A stretch of 64,000 nucleotides of DNA from contig NW_026262604.1 of NCBI RefSeq assembly GCF_021869535.1, positions 64,852,001 through 64,916,000 of the forward strand, read 5' to 3'. Shown one piece after another: positions 37,216 to 49,941 of the stretch (position 1 is the stretch's first letter; each line of letters starts with the position of its first letter). Origin of the DNA: Mytilus californianus (Eukaryota). The translations under genes were made by a program, and so were the position numbers. Below the pieces are notes generated by a model. That model saw only the letters and a list, made by a program, of their open reading frames with translations. It was not told the origin of the DNA and searched no databases.

Positions 37216-38374
37216 CATCGTATATTAATATTGCGGCTATATTTGACTAATGGATAATATTTTATCCGGTGGATTTAGGTTGGATAAATTTAACCTGAAG
37301 ATAAGCATTATACGTTTTGAGCAATTGGAAATAACCGATGGTTTATTTTTAACCACATGATAAGTTGTTTAACCGCTGTTTAAAATTAACAAACGTTTTG
37401 AGCAACCCAATCCTGTTATACTTCTAAATTAAAATTTCACAAACTCAGTTCGACCCTGTTAAATTGTTTTTGGTATTGTCTATACAGTTCATACTGAATG
37501 ATACATGTAGATTTAAATGGGTATATTTCATAAATGTAAATACTCTATTCAATATCATTTTGTTTAGCACGTGAATGTTCTATAGTCTACAAGTTACAAA
37601 TATGTATGAAACATTTGAGATTTCTGACTAGTTGTATGCCTCTATTTGCTAATTCTGGTTACCGGAAATGTAGAACATAATTTAAGCTATTTTACGGGTC
37701 TGTTTACCGTTCTTATGTTTGTCGGCGGCGAACAGTTAGTGTCGTCTGCCATACACGTGGTTGTTTAATGGCAGTAGAATAAAGTTGATACATATAAAAG
37801 CGTGACTTTATCTTATAGTTCCCCGAGACAACAAAAGGATCGAGGCCCACGACACTAGGAAACTTTCCTATTCAATGTGTTTGTGATTATTAAAAGGGTT
37901 TCGTTGCGTCTTTCAGGTAAAATACTACGATGGAATAAACTTGACCTCCTTAGGAAAACAGTTGAATTGAGACCAGTTGCAGACTGGAGAATTGGGAACT
38001 TGCAATACTTAGAGATAGATGAGAGTAAAGCTGCAATATATGTTGATAATTATCTACACAATATAAAAGGATTCAACCTTTCCAACAATCTTCCAAACTT
38101 TTTTTTCGATTTTTCAAGAAATAATTTCCAAAATCAAAATTATAACAGTTGAAACAAAAAACTAAAGTTTTTTTTTACGATCTTAAAATGACTTAACAAA
38201 ACTTGTACTTACCTTTGAGCCTTCTTTGGTGGAACTCGAGATGTTTTACAGGTCAAAGTACTTTGCAGATATTCTAGTGATTCATGATCATTATCAGTAA
38301 TTGTATTTTATATACTTTTACTAATAGTACAACACTTTTTCAAGAGATTTGTCTCGTTCAGCTTAATGACTCTT

Positions 38375-38736
38375 TAATTGATTGATTGTTTGTTCCTTAA
38401 CGTCCAGTGGCAAATATTTCATACATATTTAGGACAAGAACAAATTATTAATAATACAATAGGTAGGTCTTGTAAAAGAGGCTATCCGGGTTATAAAGTC
38501 TGGAAAATTTGAACTGCCTCTGGAAAATGAGGGAGTATTGGATAGGGACAGAAATTTTGCTTTGGAACAGGCCACCTATGGACCCCTCAAAGAGTTGTTG
38601 CAAGGCTATTTCCTTACACGATGCATCACAGTTGACGTTCCTATTCTGACCGGATAAGGCTGCGTACTTGTAAATCCAGCACAGCCAAATGGACGGACCA
38701 CTTTGGAAGTGTTTTATTGCTAGTCGTAACAAGACC
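38375..38736 (-). mobile_element. SINE-like copy with internal deletion
   Basis: (ATTG)n tail, aacgtccagtggcaaatatttcat, cagcacagccaaatggacg. Confidence 0.8.
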
Positions 38737-38739
38737 TAA

Positions 38740-39866
38740 GTCTCTGATGCATGATTTTTTATTATTAATTGTTTTGGCTTTTAACTAAGCTGTCAGTAAC
38801 TGCGAGTACTCACAAATCGTACTTTCTTGTTTATTTGACCTGTTGATACTAATTGTAATGCTTTTTTGTTATTTAATGTTATTCAGGGTTATTTCTGGTC
38901 TATATACCAGCTTTGATAAGTGTTTGGTATAACTATAAATTTTCACTTCGTACTATGAACATCAAAATTATTTATTTTGTATAAATATTTCCTTTCTCTA
39001 TTGGTACTATACACGTATACCTAACAACAAAATTATTTTCATTTACCTGTGTTTAAAGTTATTGCAAATGGATGGTATTTTTGTTCGAGCATATTGTTTT
39101 TCTTTAATTGTTTAACATTTCTTACCGATATAACATGTTACTTTTATTATTCTTCCCTTAGTTTATTTATTTTGTATTCAAAATTATTTGTTTTGTAAAA
39201 ATATTTCCTTTCTCTATTGGTACTGTACACGTATACCTAACAACAAAATTATTTTCATTTACCTGTGTTTTAAGTTATTGCAAATGGATGGTATTTTTGT
39301 TCGAGCATATTGTTTTTCTTTAATTGTTTAACATTTCTTACCGATATAACATGTTACTTTTATTATTCTTCCTTTAGTTTATTTATTTTGTATTTACATT
39401 GTGTCATAGGTCAAATTTATTTGTTCAGTGTATGTTCAATGGTGTTAATATGTCCTTTGATTGAGTTAAGCTATTTCAGTTGATATTTTATAGTGTGTCT
39501 TTCTATGTTGTGATGTTACACTATTGTTTCAGAAAAAGGGTGAAGGTTTGGTACCATTAAAACGTTTGAACCCGCTGCATTTGTTTGCACCTGTCCTAAG
39601 TCAGGAATCTGATGTTCAGTAGTTGTCGTTTGTTGATGTGGTTCATTAGTGTTTCTCGTTTTTTATATAGATTAGACCGTTGGTTTTCCCGTTTGAATGG
39701 TTTTACACTAGTAATTTTTTGGGGCCCTTTATAGCTTACTGTTCGGTGTGAGCCAAGGCTCCGTGTTGAAGACCGTACCGTGACCTATAATGGTTTACTT
39801 TTATAAATTTTGACTTGGATGGAGAGTTGTCTCATTGGCACTCATACCACATCTTCTTATATCTAC
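38740..39866 (+). repeat. PLE-associated pseudo-LTR-type module, copy 1, with a 216-bp internal tandem duplication
   Basis: Near-identical to 48509-49370; duplicated unit starts at 38963 and 39179. Confidence 0.85.
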
Positions 39867-41039
39867 TAAGTGACCATATTTCTATTCCCCAATCACCCTA
39901 TGGGGTTTAGCTTTTTCAGTTTTTTGACATTAGATTAAAATATTTGACCAAAATTATATGATACATATCAAACAGAATCATCTTATTGTTACACAAATGG
40001 TTTATGTCAGACCAGTTTTTTTCTTCATTTTCCCTCATATATTTTTGGCTGAGATCATCATCCAGTCTGCAAGAAAAGGCCATAAAGTAGAATGTGAAAG
40101 TAATCTGGATGCCTATTCCATGCTGATCACTTATAAGAATGGCATTGGATGACCACATGCCCTTTGAACATGTTGAATATTACTAATTAGATACATCAAG
40201 TTAGCAGTCATTAAATGAGAAGGCAAAACGAATACTAAACGTGATTAAAATGCAAAGTTAATTCCTCAATAACAGTCTTTATTAATCTGGACTGTACTTC
40301 TAAAAATATAAATTGAGTTTATCTGAATTTGGGATGGTCTTTAAATAATCAAAGGCTCAAAAAAAAGTTCAAATCAGCGTCAAGTTGATAAATTCAACAT
40401 AAAACAAACAACAGGGATAAAGATTTACTCTTATATTAAATAAATTTCCAGGTTGTGTCAGCAGGACAGAAAGTAATCTGTTGAAGATATCGAGGCTGCT
40501 GAGGCAGAGAAAAGGAAAGAAAGTAAACTTTTGAAGGTATTAAGGCGGCTGAGAAAGCGGACATGAAAGATCAATTGAAGAGTGATGTGAAAAGAATATA
40601 TTGAGCTCATTTTAGATACAATGTTATAACAATGCAACAAAAGAATACAAATCAGAAACTTCTTTCAAAAGCAACGTATGGTTGACAATTTCAACATAAA
40701 AAGTCATCTGTTCAAGAAAGTGAGGGCTCTGACGTAGAGGACAGGAAACAACCCAATAGTGTTAAAGATATTGAGACAGAGGACAGGACAAATCCAATGT
40801 AGCGTAATATGAAACACTTAATGAGTTAATTCTAGATTAAATAATAAAAACTGCAAAAACAAAGGATTTTTCACATTTTTATTACTTTCTTTTGTTTGTT
40901 ACAATTATCACAATTGTACTTTGATGTAAATATAAAATGATATAGTAAAGATGTATCTTCAGTATTAGCCTGTTTGCAATGATTGAATTGTGTAGATGTG
41001 AAAGTGAAATCAGATAGGTACAGTCGGAAAAAACCAATG

Positions 41040-41469
41040 GGCACAGCGGTTTGTGTTGTAACCACGCTACATTGTACACGACACTCCCCGAATTCCAACT
41101 ATAAACACGCGTTTAACATCTTTAAGACACAGCGGTTTGTGTTATAACCAAGCTACATTGTACACGACACTTCCCGAATTCCAACTATAAACACGCGTTT
41201 AACATCTTTAAGACACAGCGGTTTGTGTTGTAACCAAGCTACATTGTACACGACACTCCCAGAATTCCAACTATAAGCACGCGTTCAACATCTTTAAGAC
41301 ACAGCGGTTTGTGTTGTAACCAAGCTACATTGTACACGACACTTCCCGAATTCCAACTATAAACACGCGTTAAACATCTTTAAGACACAGCGGTTTGTGT
41401 TGTAACCAAGCTATATTGTACACGACACTCCCCGAATTCCAACTATAAACACGCGTTTACCATCTTTAA
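41040..41469. repeat. Minisatellite, 5 x 86 bp
   Basis: Units start at 41040, 41126, 41212, 41298 and 41384; only scattered substitutions. Confidence 0.95.
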
Positions 41470-41835
41470 TGGCTTCATACTTCTAATAGTTTAACGTTCC
41501 CTTTTGTTGACAGGTCGTGTCTACTAATTACCTGGAGGATTGACTGAATTTAAGATCGTGCAATGCTGTGATATTGACATATTTGTGTTCGTTACGGTTT
41601 ATTATCCATAAAGTCAAGGTCTAAGCATAGTTTGTACGTACAAAACCGAAAAGGTCTTGAAAGTGTAAAAGGAAAGACTATATGTCCTAACATGGTAGAT
41701 AAAAGCATACTGTATTATATACTTTTTTTGGTTTTTCACAATATTGTGAAAGTCAGATATGGAGTAATACACCTATAAGTATAACAAAAAGGACACAAAA
41801 CCTTACTTGAGAGTATGGTGACACATAAGGATGGT

Positions 41836-42256
41836 GCCCCCAAGGGTGACTGGGGTATAGAAGTATGGTCACCATTGGTCTTCCTCCGACCGGCAGTAAA
41901 ACCCGTGCTAAAGTGGGGCGTCCGTTTGGCTGTGCGGGATGTACAAATTTGCAGCCACGTCCGGTCAGAATGGGGACGTTAAATCCGATGCCTCGTGTAA
42001 AGAGAGTGCCACGCTCTTTGCACGTTAAGAACCCTTGCAACAACTCTTTGAGGGGTCCGTAGGTGACCTGTTGCAAGGCTAAATTTCTGTCCCTATCCAA
42101 TATACCCTCATTTCCCGTGGCAGTCTAAATTTCTCCGACCTCAATCCCTTAATCTATTACAGAACCTACCTATTATATTTATTGTGAACTTGTTCTCGTC
42201 CTGAATATGCATGAAATATTTGCCACTGGACGTTAAACAACCAACAATCAATCAAT
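41836..42256 (+). mobile_element. Complete SINE-like retroposon with 12-bp target-site duplication
   Basis: CATAAGGATGGT at 41824-41835 and 42257-42268; (CAAT)n tail; central gggacgttaaatccg...gcacgttaagaaccc core. Confidence 0.92.
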
Positions 42257-42939
42257 CATAAGGATGGTATTGTGCATACACAATTATTTTAAGATGTATC
42301 ATAACGTAGAGACGTCCACCATGGGAAATGTGTTTGCACCCTGTCGGTTATGATAGCTCACGTCTAATGGACTACTATGAAACAATTCGTGAGAACATTT
42401 TATTTAGCTTAATGTTCAAATATATTAATATCGACGCACTGCATCTATAGTTGAAACAATGTACATGTATTTACTAATTTCGGCCAATTTTGCATGCAAT
42501 AGATAATTTCAAAATCCTATTACAAAAATCACCAAATCTAAATGGCGCTAAACTATGTTGAACCTCACATGATGACAACAGTTCCATCTAAAATATATTA
42601 ACTTTTAGTTATATGATCGTAGGGAAAACTTTTCACTAGCTGTGATTAGGCTTCAGTAGACAACAAATGGTCAAAGTTGATTAAATCCAAAAAGCCTTTT
42701 AAAAGTGAAAGGTTTCAGACAAACAAAGCAAATAGTCTCGAAGTAATTATATACGGATGGACAGGTGTTACGAAGACTTGAACCATGTCCAGGTATTGTA
42801 TACGTAGTGCGGCCGGAAAAAAATATGGCAGGTAATTATTTATATCATTGTGAGGAACTCAGTGGATAAAATTCTAAAATGTGTGGCAGTTAAAGATGAA
42901 TTGATCAAATAAAACAATCGATTATATAACACATAATAA

Positions 42940-44040
42940 GGGAAAGTATTCCGTTACCACAAATTACTTAAAGCCTTTACTAAATTCTTCAATAGAGCCC
43001 GTAAATTTAGATGCGATCCGAGTAAACTTATCGATCCTTTAAAGAAACTTAGTCTTAAAGGTAACAAATTCAACACTGCATTTAGATCTTTGAATATTGT
43101 TTTTATTGGCATGAATATTGATTTTGTTATAAGTAGGTTAAACCCGTACAAAATAGTATTATTATACTGATATGCACATTCACGGTTCTACAATCTGTCG
43201 ATACCTATATTTTGGCTTTGCAGAATGTCTTGTTTTTCTTTGACTGTAAATGACGTCTTTACTCTAAACCCATTGGATGTTGGATGTGTACTGAATGATA
43301 TTTATGTCTTAGATAAACGATTTTTTGTTAAGTTTTTATTTGCCTAAAACCATCTGTTAGTAACTGCAAGTTCTCTCAAATGTGTACTTAGTTTCTTACT
43401 TTTTGTTGTGGATGTATAAATTCCCTGCCACGTCGGATCTTTTTCTTGTTAGTAGTTATTCTGCTTTGTATCGATTTGATGAGTTAAGCCCTTTTCAACT
43501 GATTTTCATAGTTTTTTTTATTGTACTGTTACACTACTGTTCCAGGTTAGGAGGAGGGTTTGGCGCCAGCAAAGCAAACATGTTTAACTCCGCCACATTC
43601 TATATGTGCCTGCCAAAGTCCGGAGCCTGTAATTGAGTGTTTGTCGCTTATTGCGGTTTCTTATATTTGTTATTTTTATGGTTTGTTCTTGTGTTGTGCA
43701 GTTTCATCATTTTCCCCGGTTTGGGTGGATTGGCCCCTTCAAACATGTTTAGCCAGACACATTCATTATGTACCTGTCTCATGCCAAGAGCCTGTAGTTA
43801 AGTGGTTGTCGTTGGTTCACGTCTGTCATATTTGATTTTCGTAAATCATACATTAGGCCGTTAGTTTTCTCAATTGAATTGTTTCATATTTTTCATGTTG
43901 GGGCCTTTTAAAGCCGACTATACGGTATGGGTTTTATCATTGCTTAAGAACGTACGGTTGTCTATAGATGCTTACATCCACTTCATTTGAAATTTGGTGA
44001 ATAGATGTCTCATTGACAATCATACAACATCTCCTTATTT
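42940..44040 (+). mobile_element. Penelope-like 3' ORF end and pseudo-LTR-type tail (approximate)
   Basis: FRYHKLLKAFTKFF...KLIDPLKKLSLKG...RSLNIVFIGMNID, followed by the tail shared with 48400-49370. Confidence 0.65.
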
Positions 44041-44300
44041 TGCTGTACTTTCATCGTCAATAAATGCGTGTAAGTGCGATATATCTTTACTGTCTAATAG
44101 TTGTAATACCATTTTGAGAAACATAATGGGGCCTTTTTTTAGTTATTGTATTGTCTGTCTGATATTGATTTGTTCTCTTCAGACTTGTTTTCCAAAATTC
44201 AAATTTTGCTTCTGATAGCGGGGGCATACAAAACTGCGACATTGTCATGAAACCGGCCTATTTTATTATAATAATGAATAGCTCAATATGATTTTCTATA

Positions 44301-44548
44301 CTAAAAGTCAACCTCGTTATACCCATATGTATTTTGGTTAGATTCATTAACAGTCACCTCATACGAATCTATATACGGTTGTAAAAATGGCACGTGACGA
44401 AGAGGCTTACAGCTATCTTGCAAACGACTAACAAATGGAAGGTCAAATAATCGAGATCGGGAGTTCACGTGATCGTCATGTAATAACGTCTGATTATTTA
44501 TGGCTGAAAATGCATCTTCTGTCAATATACCTCTTTTCATATCGGTAC
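44301..44548 (-). CDS. SLC23 terminal exon
   Basis: tgttgtag| GTDMKRGI...FDLPFV...VPFLQP...EVDF*. Confidence 0.85.
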
Positions 44549-45294
44549 CTACAACAAACAGTACAATAATTAATATGGTAACAAATGCAGCATTGTTTGT
44601 AAAAAGAAGTATATAAAAAAAAAGATGTGGTATGATTGCCGATGAGACAACTCTCAACATCTAACAAGATATAAAAGGCCACGACATGACAAATGTATAA
44701 CAATTTCAACAAGAAAACTAACGACCTGATTTATGTACAAAATCATCAACGAAAAATAAATATGATGTTCACGAAGGGTTGTAATTAGGAATAAGATTTT
44801 AATGTTTTAATTCGGTCAAAATACTTTAAATTTCGCGTAAAAAGAGTAATGGAATTACTGTTAATACAAAAAAAACTCTATTTAGCATCTAGCATTATAA
44901 ATTACGCAGTTATGACCTCTTAATTATGCACTAGTAATTTTTATGTCAGTTTAAAATTTTCTAAGATTTAAAACAGTTTTTAACTTTATATACTTTGGCC
45001 CCAAATCTCTGATCTTGAGCCTTTTTGTGTCTTAAAAAATTGAAAATTAACCTTGTCAACATTCGGTAACAGAACATGTTGCATCGTATGTTGCCGTAAA
45101 TGTTTTTCTTGTGGACCCCCGAAAAGTGTACGAAATCAACGTATTTTGAAAACATCTCCAATCTCAAAAATGGGCTGACATTGTAGCCTTTAATAGTTAT
45201 TATACAATAAGATTTTATTTTTTGATTTATTAAAAACTCTAGGTTTGTTTGAAGACGACTTCATTGAGGATTTTGTTAAATGTGGATATCTTAC

Positions 45295-45390
45295 CTCTAA
45301 CTGTGTTGTCCATTATCAAAGAAACAATAAATCCTATGAACATGGCGTTGCCAAGGGTAACTTTAACAATTTGATTAATTTGGTCTGAAT
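45295..45390 (-). CDS. SLC23 exon
   Basis: attttcag| SDQINQIVKVTLGNAMFIGFIVSLIMDNTVR G|GTAAGA. Confidence 0.9.
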
Positions 45391-45974
45391 CTGAAAATAA
45401 ATATCCTACATAATGATTGTTGTTATACAGTACTTGGTTCAACATAGTTTTCAGAACTGAAACAAATGAAACTACATGTATGACAACAATTCGCGCGAAC
45501 TACACTTATTTTTGGAATAACCTTCGATTTGGACCAAACAAAAGACACTGAAAGAAAAAAGATCAAAAGGGGCCTAAATATAACAGAACAATTGAAAGTA
45601 CATAAAAAAAGGTATGTGTACAGAACACCCACAACCATCTATATTTAATGGAAACTTTAAATTTTGCCTGCAATCTATACTAGCGTTTCCTTTTTTTTCA
45701 TCGTTCCAATATCCAAACACTGGCTACTGGACGAGAACATTTGGATGTGAAATGAATATAAACCAGCACCGAGACGGATTTATAACATGCTAGCTATATA
45801 TATATCAAAGTCAGTTTAATTCGGAAAGCACTTAAAACTACCAACTACCCTGGCACATGTTTGACTCGAAGCCAACCAGGTTTTACATTTACTCCTAACT
45901 TGATTTACGAAGCGAATATATGTTTTCAAGTGTTTTGTTTGAACTATTCAAGGGTTCGGACATACAAGTTTCTA

Positions 45975-48345
45975 CATCCGCCTTCCATGGGTGGTTAGGG
46001 AAAAGAAATATGGTCACCATTGGTCTTCCACAAACTGGCAGTAAAACCCTCGACAATGTGTGGCGTCCGTTTGGCTGTGCGGGATCACTACAAACCAGTA
46101 AAGTCTGAAATGGCCTATATCTGTACTCGACTGTACTGATTTTTACTCGACCAGTCTGAATTGGTCTGAATTTTACTCGACATTTCTCGACCCCAGTCTT
46201 AACCATACTCGACCGTACTGATTTGCACTTGACTCTTATCTTTGCCATTAAAAATAGTCTGAACTATTACTCGACCAGTCAGAAAAAGTCTTAACCCATT
46301 CTCGACCTGTACTCGACCATTTTTTTTCAGTCTAGACCATACTCGACCAAAGGTCTGAACAATGCTCGACCAGTCTGAACCATACTTGACCAAAAAACCT
46401 ATATTTTTTTTAAATTTTAGCTGTTAAAATTAATTTCTTTTTTTCTGACATGAAAACAGCCACAATAAAATAAAGATATATATAAAAATATATTTTTACA
46501 TCCTTACATGATTCTCAGATTTATCAAATAGAGATAGTTAAATTAAATTATCTTATATAATAATTTAATTATATTAATTTTAAAGTTTTAGAGTTTTGTT
46601 AAAAAAAGATTTTCTTTTAACTAAAAACCACACCTTTACTGAGGGTAATAAAACCTTATTAAGGTGCTTTTTGTTTGGCATGTGTGTGTTTTTTTTTAAA
46701 CTTAATTTTCCTAAATTCCTAAAGAAAAACTATATAGGTTTCATGGTTATATACAATAGATATATAATTATCTTTTTAATGAGGTAACAACAGCCAAAAA
46801 ATCACTGAAATTGTTTAACCTTATAAAAGAAATATATCTATTTTTATTATAATTTGGGATATATTATATATAATATATATCAAAAGGGGATAAAAAAATT
46901 AAAGAAATAGATAAAATTTTTCTTCTGATTAGTGGTAAAGTATAAAGTAATACCTCCTGTTTGGGGCAAACTCATTAAAAGATCACATCTGGTCAGAGAG
47001 TATTAATTTCTAATTAACATTCATTAAAAATTGCAACATTCTGTAAAACTTAAATCGCAAGGCCTTTTGAATTCACTAGATAAGTAATACACGAGTTTAA
47101 GAAAAAAAGGGCTTTCTTTTTACCTGTAAAACACACATGTACTGAGATAAATAAACCTTATTAAAGTGCTTCTTTTATGCCATGTCTATAATTTTGACAA
47201 ATGTTATTTAAATTTAATTGAAATAAATTTTTTCTGCAACTTTGGAACACATTTCCTTTTTTAAATGGTTATCAAGGATTGCTATGGAAGTTCTATTATC
47301 ATGATTATCTTAAATTCTTGGTTTAACAAAACAAAGGTGTTATTTTTGAAATTTATTAAGTTGCTTTATATACTATTTTAAATATATTTTAATAAAAAAA
47401 ATGTTCACTGCATTATTGACTAAACTCAACTGACACCATAAATCTATACAAGGCTTAAGTAAATGGTGAAAATTGTCCAGTAACCATAAAATGTATCTGA
47501 AACATTAAAAAAATTTTGAATAACATTGAAAATATTAGTCACAATTCAGTTTGTTTTATTTTTATTTTCAAGGTGATATATATATGTAAGTGTTGATAAA
47601 TATGGTGTTGAATTTATATTATGTTTATTGTGAAATTTTGGTTTCAATATGCCATATTGAATACATTTTGAATTTCAAATTGTTGTTCAAATTTCTAGCC
47701 AGGGGAAATAGCTGTTAAAAACAGTTCCTAAATTGATGAAATACAATAGATAGATACAAAAATTAGGTCTAGGTTGGTTAAGACTTAGTCGAGTATGGTT
47801 CAGACTAGGTCGAGTATGGTTCAGACTAGGTCGAGTATGGTTCAGACTAGGTCGAGCATGGTTCAGACGAAAATAAAATGGTTAAGTACTGGACGAGTAC
47901 AAGTTCAGACTGTTAAGTATGGTTCAGACTACAGTCGAGTTTTATCAAGTAAATTTCAGACCAATTCAGACTGGTCGAGTAAAAATCAGTACAGTCAAGT
48001 ACAAATATAGGCCATTTCAGACTTTTACTGGTTTGTAGTGGATGTACAAGAACGCAGCTACGTCCGGTCAGATTGGGAAACGTCAAATCATATGCCTCGT
48101 GTAAACAGCTAGAGTTCCACGCATCTTGAACTTTAAGAGCCCTTGCAACAACTCTATGAGTAGTCCGTAGGTGGCCTGTTGCAAGGCTAAATTGCGGTCA
48201 CTATCCAATATACCCTCATTCTCCCGTGGCAGTCCAAATTTCCCTCGCCTTCATTCCAAACGGCCTCTATGACAGGACCCACCTATTGTTCATTTGTTCT
48301 CGTCCTAAACATGCATGTATTTGTATTTTTTTCAAGTGGGATGTA
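45975..48345 (+). mobile_element. SINE-like copy split by the CACTA element (45975-46085 and 48041-48345)
   Basis: ggctgtgcgggat | CACTA element | gatgtacaag; the consensus ggctgtgcgggatgtacaa is restored when the element is removed. Confidence 0.88.
46086..48040. mobile_element. Non-autonomous CACTA (EnSpm/CMC) DNA transposon, 1955 bp, 3-bp TSD GAT
   Basis: CACTACAAACCAG...CTGGTTTGTAGTG; about 90-bp near-identical TIRs; subterminal ctcgacc/gtcgagt repeats including a 21-bp tandem at 47788-47870; AT-rich non-coding core. Confidence 0.93.
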
Positions 48346-48508
48346 TAAAGACACACCCACGTTCGTTTAGATCTATAAAGAGGTTAAACTCCTAACTATC
48401 CTACTGTCTGTCGATACATTTATTTTTGGCATTGCACTAGTCATGTCTTCTTTGACTGTCCATGACATTAAAATACTAAATCCCTGGGATGTGTTTTAGT
48501 TGATTTTA

Positions 48509-49370
48509 GTCTCTGATGCATGATTTTTTATTATTAATTGTTTTGGCTTTTAACTAGCTGTCAGTAACTGCGAGTACTCTCAAATCGTACTTTCTTGTTT
48601 ATTTGACCTGTTGATACTAATTGTATTGCTTTTTTGTTATTTAATGTTATTCAGGGTTATATCTGGTCTATATACCAGCTTTTATAAGTGTTTGGTATAA
48701 CTATAAATTTTCACTTCGTACTATGAACATCAAAATTATTTATTTTGTAATAATATTTCCTTTCTCTATTGGTACTGTACAGGTATACCTAACTACAAAA
48801 TTATTTTCATTTACCTGTGTTTAAAGTTATTGCAAATGGATGGTATTTTTGTTCGAGCATATTGTTTTTCTTTAATTGTTTAACATTTCTTACCGATATA
48901 ACATGTTACTTTTATTATTCTTCCCTTAGTTTATTTATTTTGTATTTACATTGTGTCATAGGTCAAATTTATTTGTTCAGTGTATGTTCAATGGTGTTAA
49001 TATGTCCTTTGATTGAGTTAAGCTATTTCAGTTGATATTTTATAGTGTGTCTTTCTATGTTGTGATGTTACACTATTGTTTCAGAAAAAGGGTGAAGGTT
49101 TGGTACCATTAAAACGTTTAAACCCGCTGCATTTGTTTGCACCTGTCCTAAGTCAGGAATCTGATGTTCAGTAGTTGTCGTTTGTTGATGTGGTTCATAA
49201 GTGTTTCTCGTTTCTCGTTTTTTTGGGGCCCTTTATAGCTTACTGTTCGGTGTGAGCCAAGGCTCCGTGTTGAAGACCGTACTGTGACCTATAATGGTTT
49301 ACTTTTATAAATTTTTACTTGGATGGAGCGTTGTCTAATTGGCACTCATACCACATCCTCTTATATCTAT
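48509..49370 (+). repeat. PLE-associated pseudo-LTR-type module, copy 2
   Basis: Near-identical to 38740-39866 without the internal duplication; extends 5' to about 48390. Confidence 0.85.
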
Positions 49371-49667
49371 GTAATAATTGCCACTTGACGTTAATCAACT
49401 AGTCAATCTAACAATAAATCAATCCTTATCTACATCCGGAAACGAGCAGGCTTCGCCACAATACACAGGCAGTAAAAACTACTATAAAACAGCATTATTC
49501 ATAATACTACACAGAAATTAAACAACCTTAACCCATCAAAATAAAGGATAAACTCATTCGTGCTAGTGCGCGATAATTCAAAACTAAACACATACTGTTG
49601 TCTTACTTGTATTACCTTCATATTTCTATATTTACTCTTTTACGTTATCTGACACCTATTTTGATAC

Positions 49668-49941
49668 CTGATTTCAAAGAATCCGGAAATTGTCGTTGCC
49701 ATTCTGACAACACCACTGCAAAGTATAAAGAAGTGCCAATTACAGACAAGTTTCTACTGGATCTGAGTTCCACGTTTTGTAACGCAGAAATGCCCAGAGA
49801 ACAGAGTACGCCCAACATAGCAAAGGTAATGCCTCCCAATACTGGATCAGGTACTGACGTCATTACAGCTCCAAATTTTCCAATAATTGCTAAAATAACT
49901 GCCATTATTCCGAAAACGACCAGGACTATTCTGCTACCTAT
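49668..49941 (-). CDS. SLC23 exon
   Basis: ccttttag| IGSRIVL...GKFGAVMTSVPDPVLGG...SSRNLSVIG...LKS G|GTATCA. Confidence 0.93.

Larger units (their letters stand above)
31448..37412. mobile_element. Decayed two-gene PIF/Harbinger DNA transposon with TIRs and CTG target-site duplication
   Basis: Left TIR GACTGGGTTGCTCAAAACG at 31448; right TIR ...CGTTTTGAGCAACCCAATC ends at 37412; CTG on both sides (31445-31447, 37413-37415); convergent Myb/SANT-like and transposase remnants. Confidence 0.85.

Noticed and set aside
41040-41469. CRISPR-like periodic array
   Set aside because: Whole 86-bp units repeat with no unique spacers, there are no cas genes, and the context is eukaryotic.
41753-42100. 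Recurrent ORFs such as GRPFGCAGC...RPVRMGTL (also 14820-15230, 23825-24121, 45920-46108, 51357-51539) as a small-protein family
   Set aside because: All fall in SINE-like copies; starts, stops and frames differ between copies, and a TSD plus (CAAT)n tail mark a retroposon.
47795-48010. Repeat protein MVQTRSS x4
   Set aside because: Translation of the 21-bp subterminal tandem of the CACTA element.
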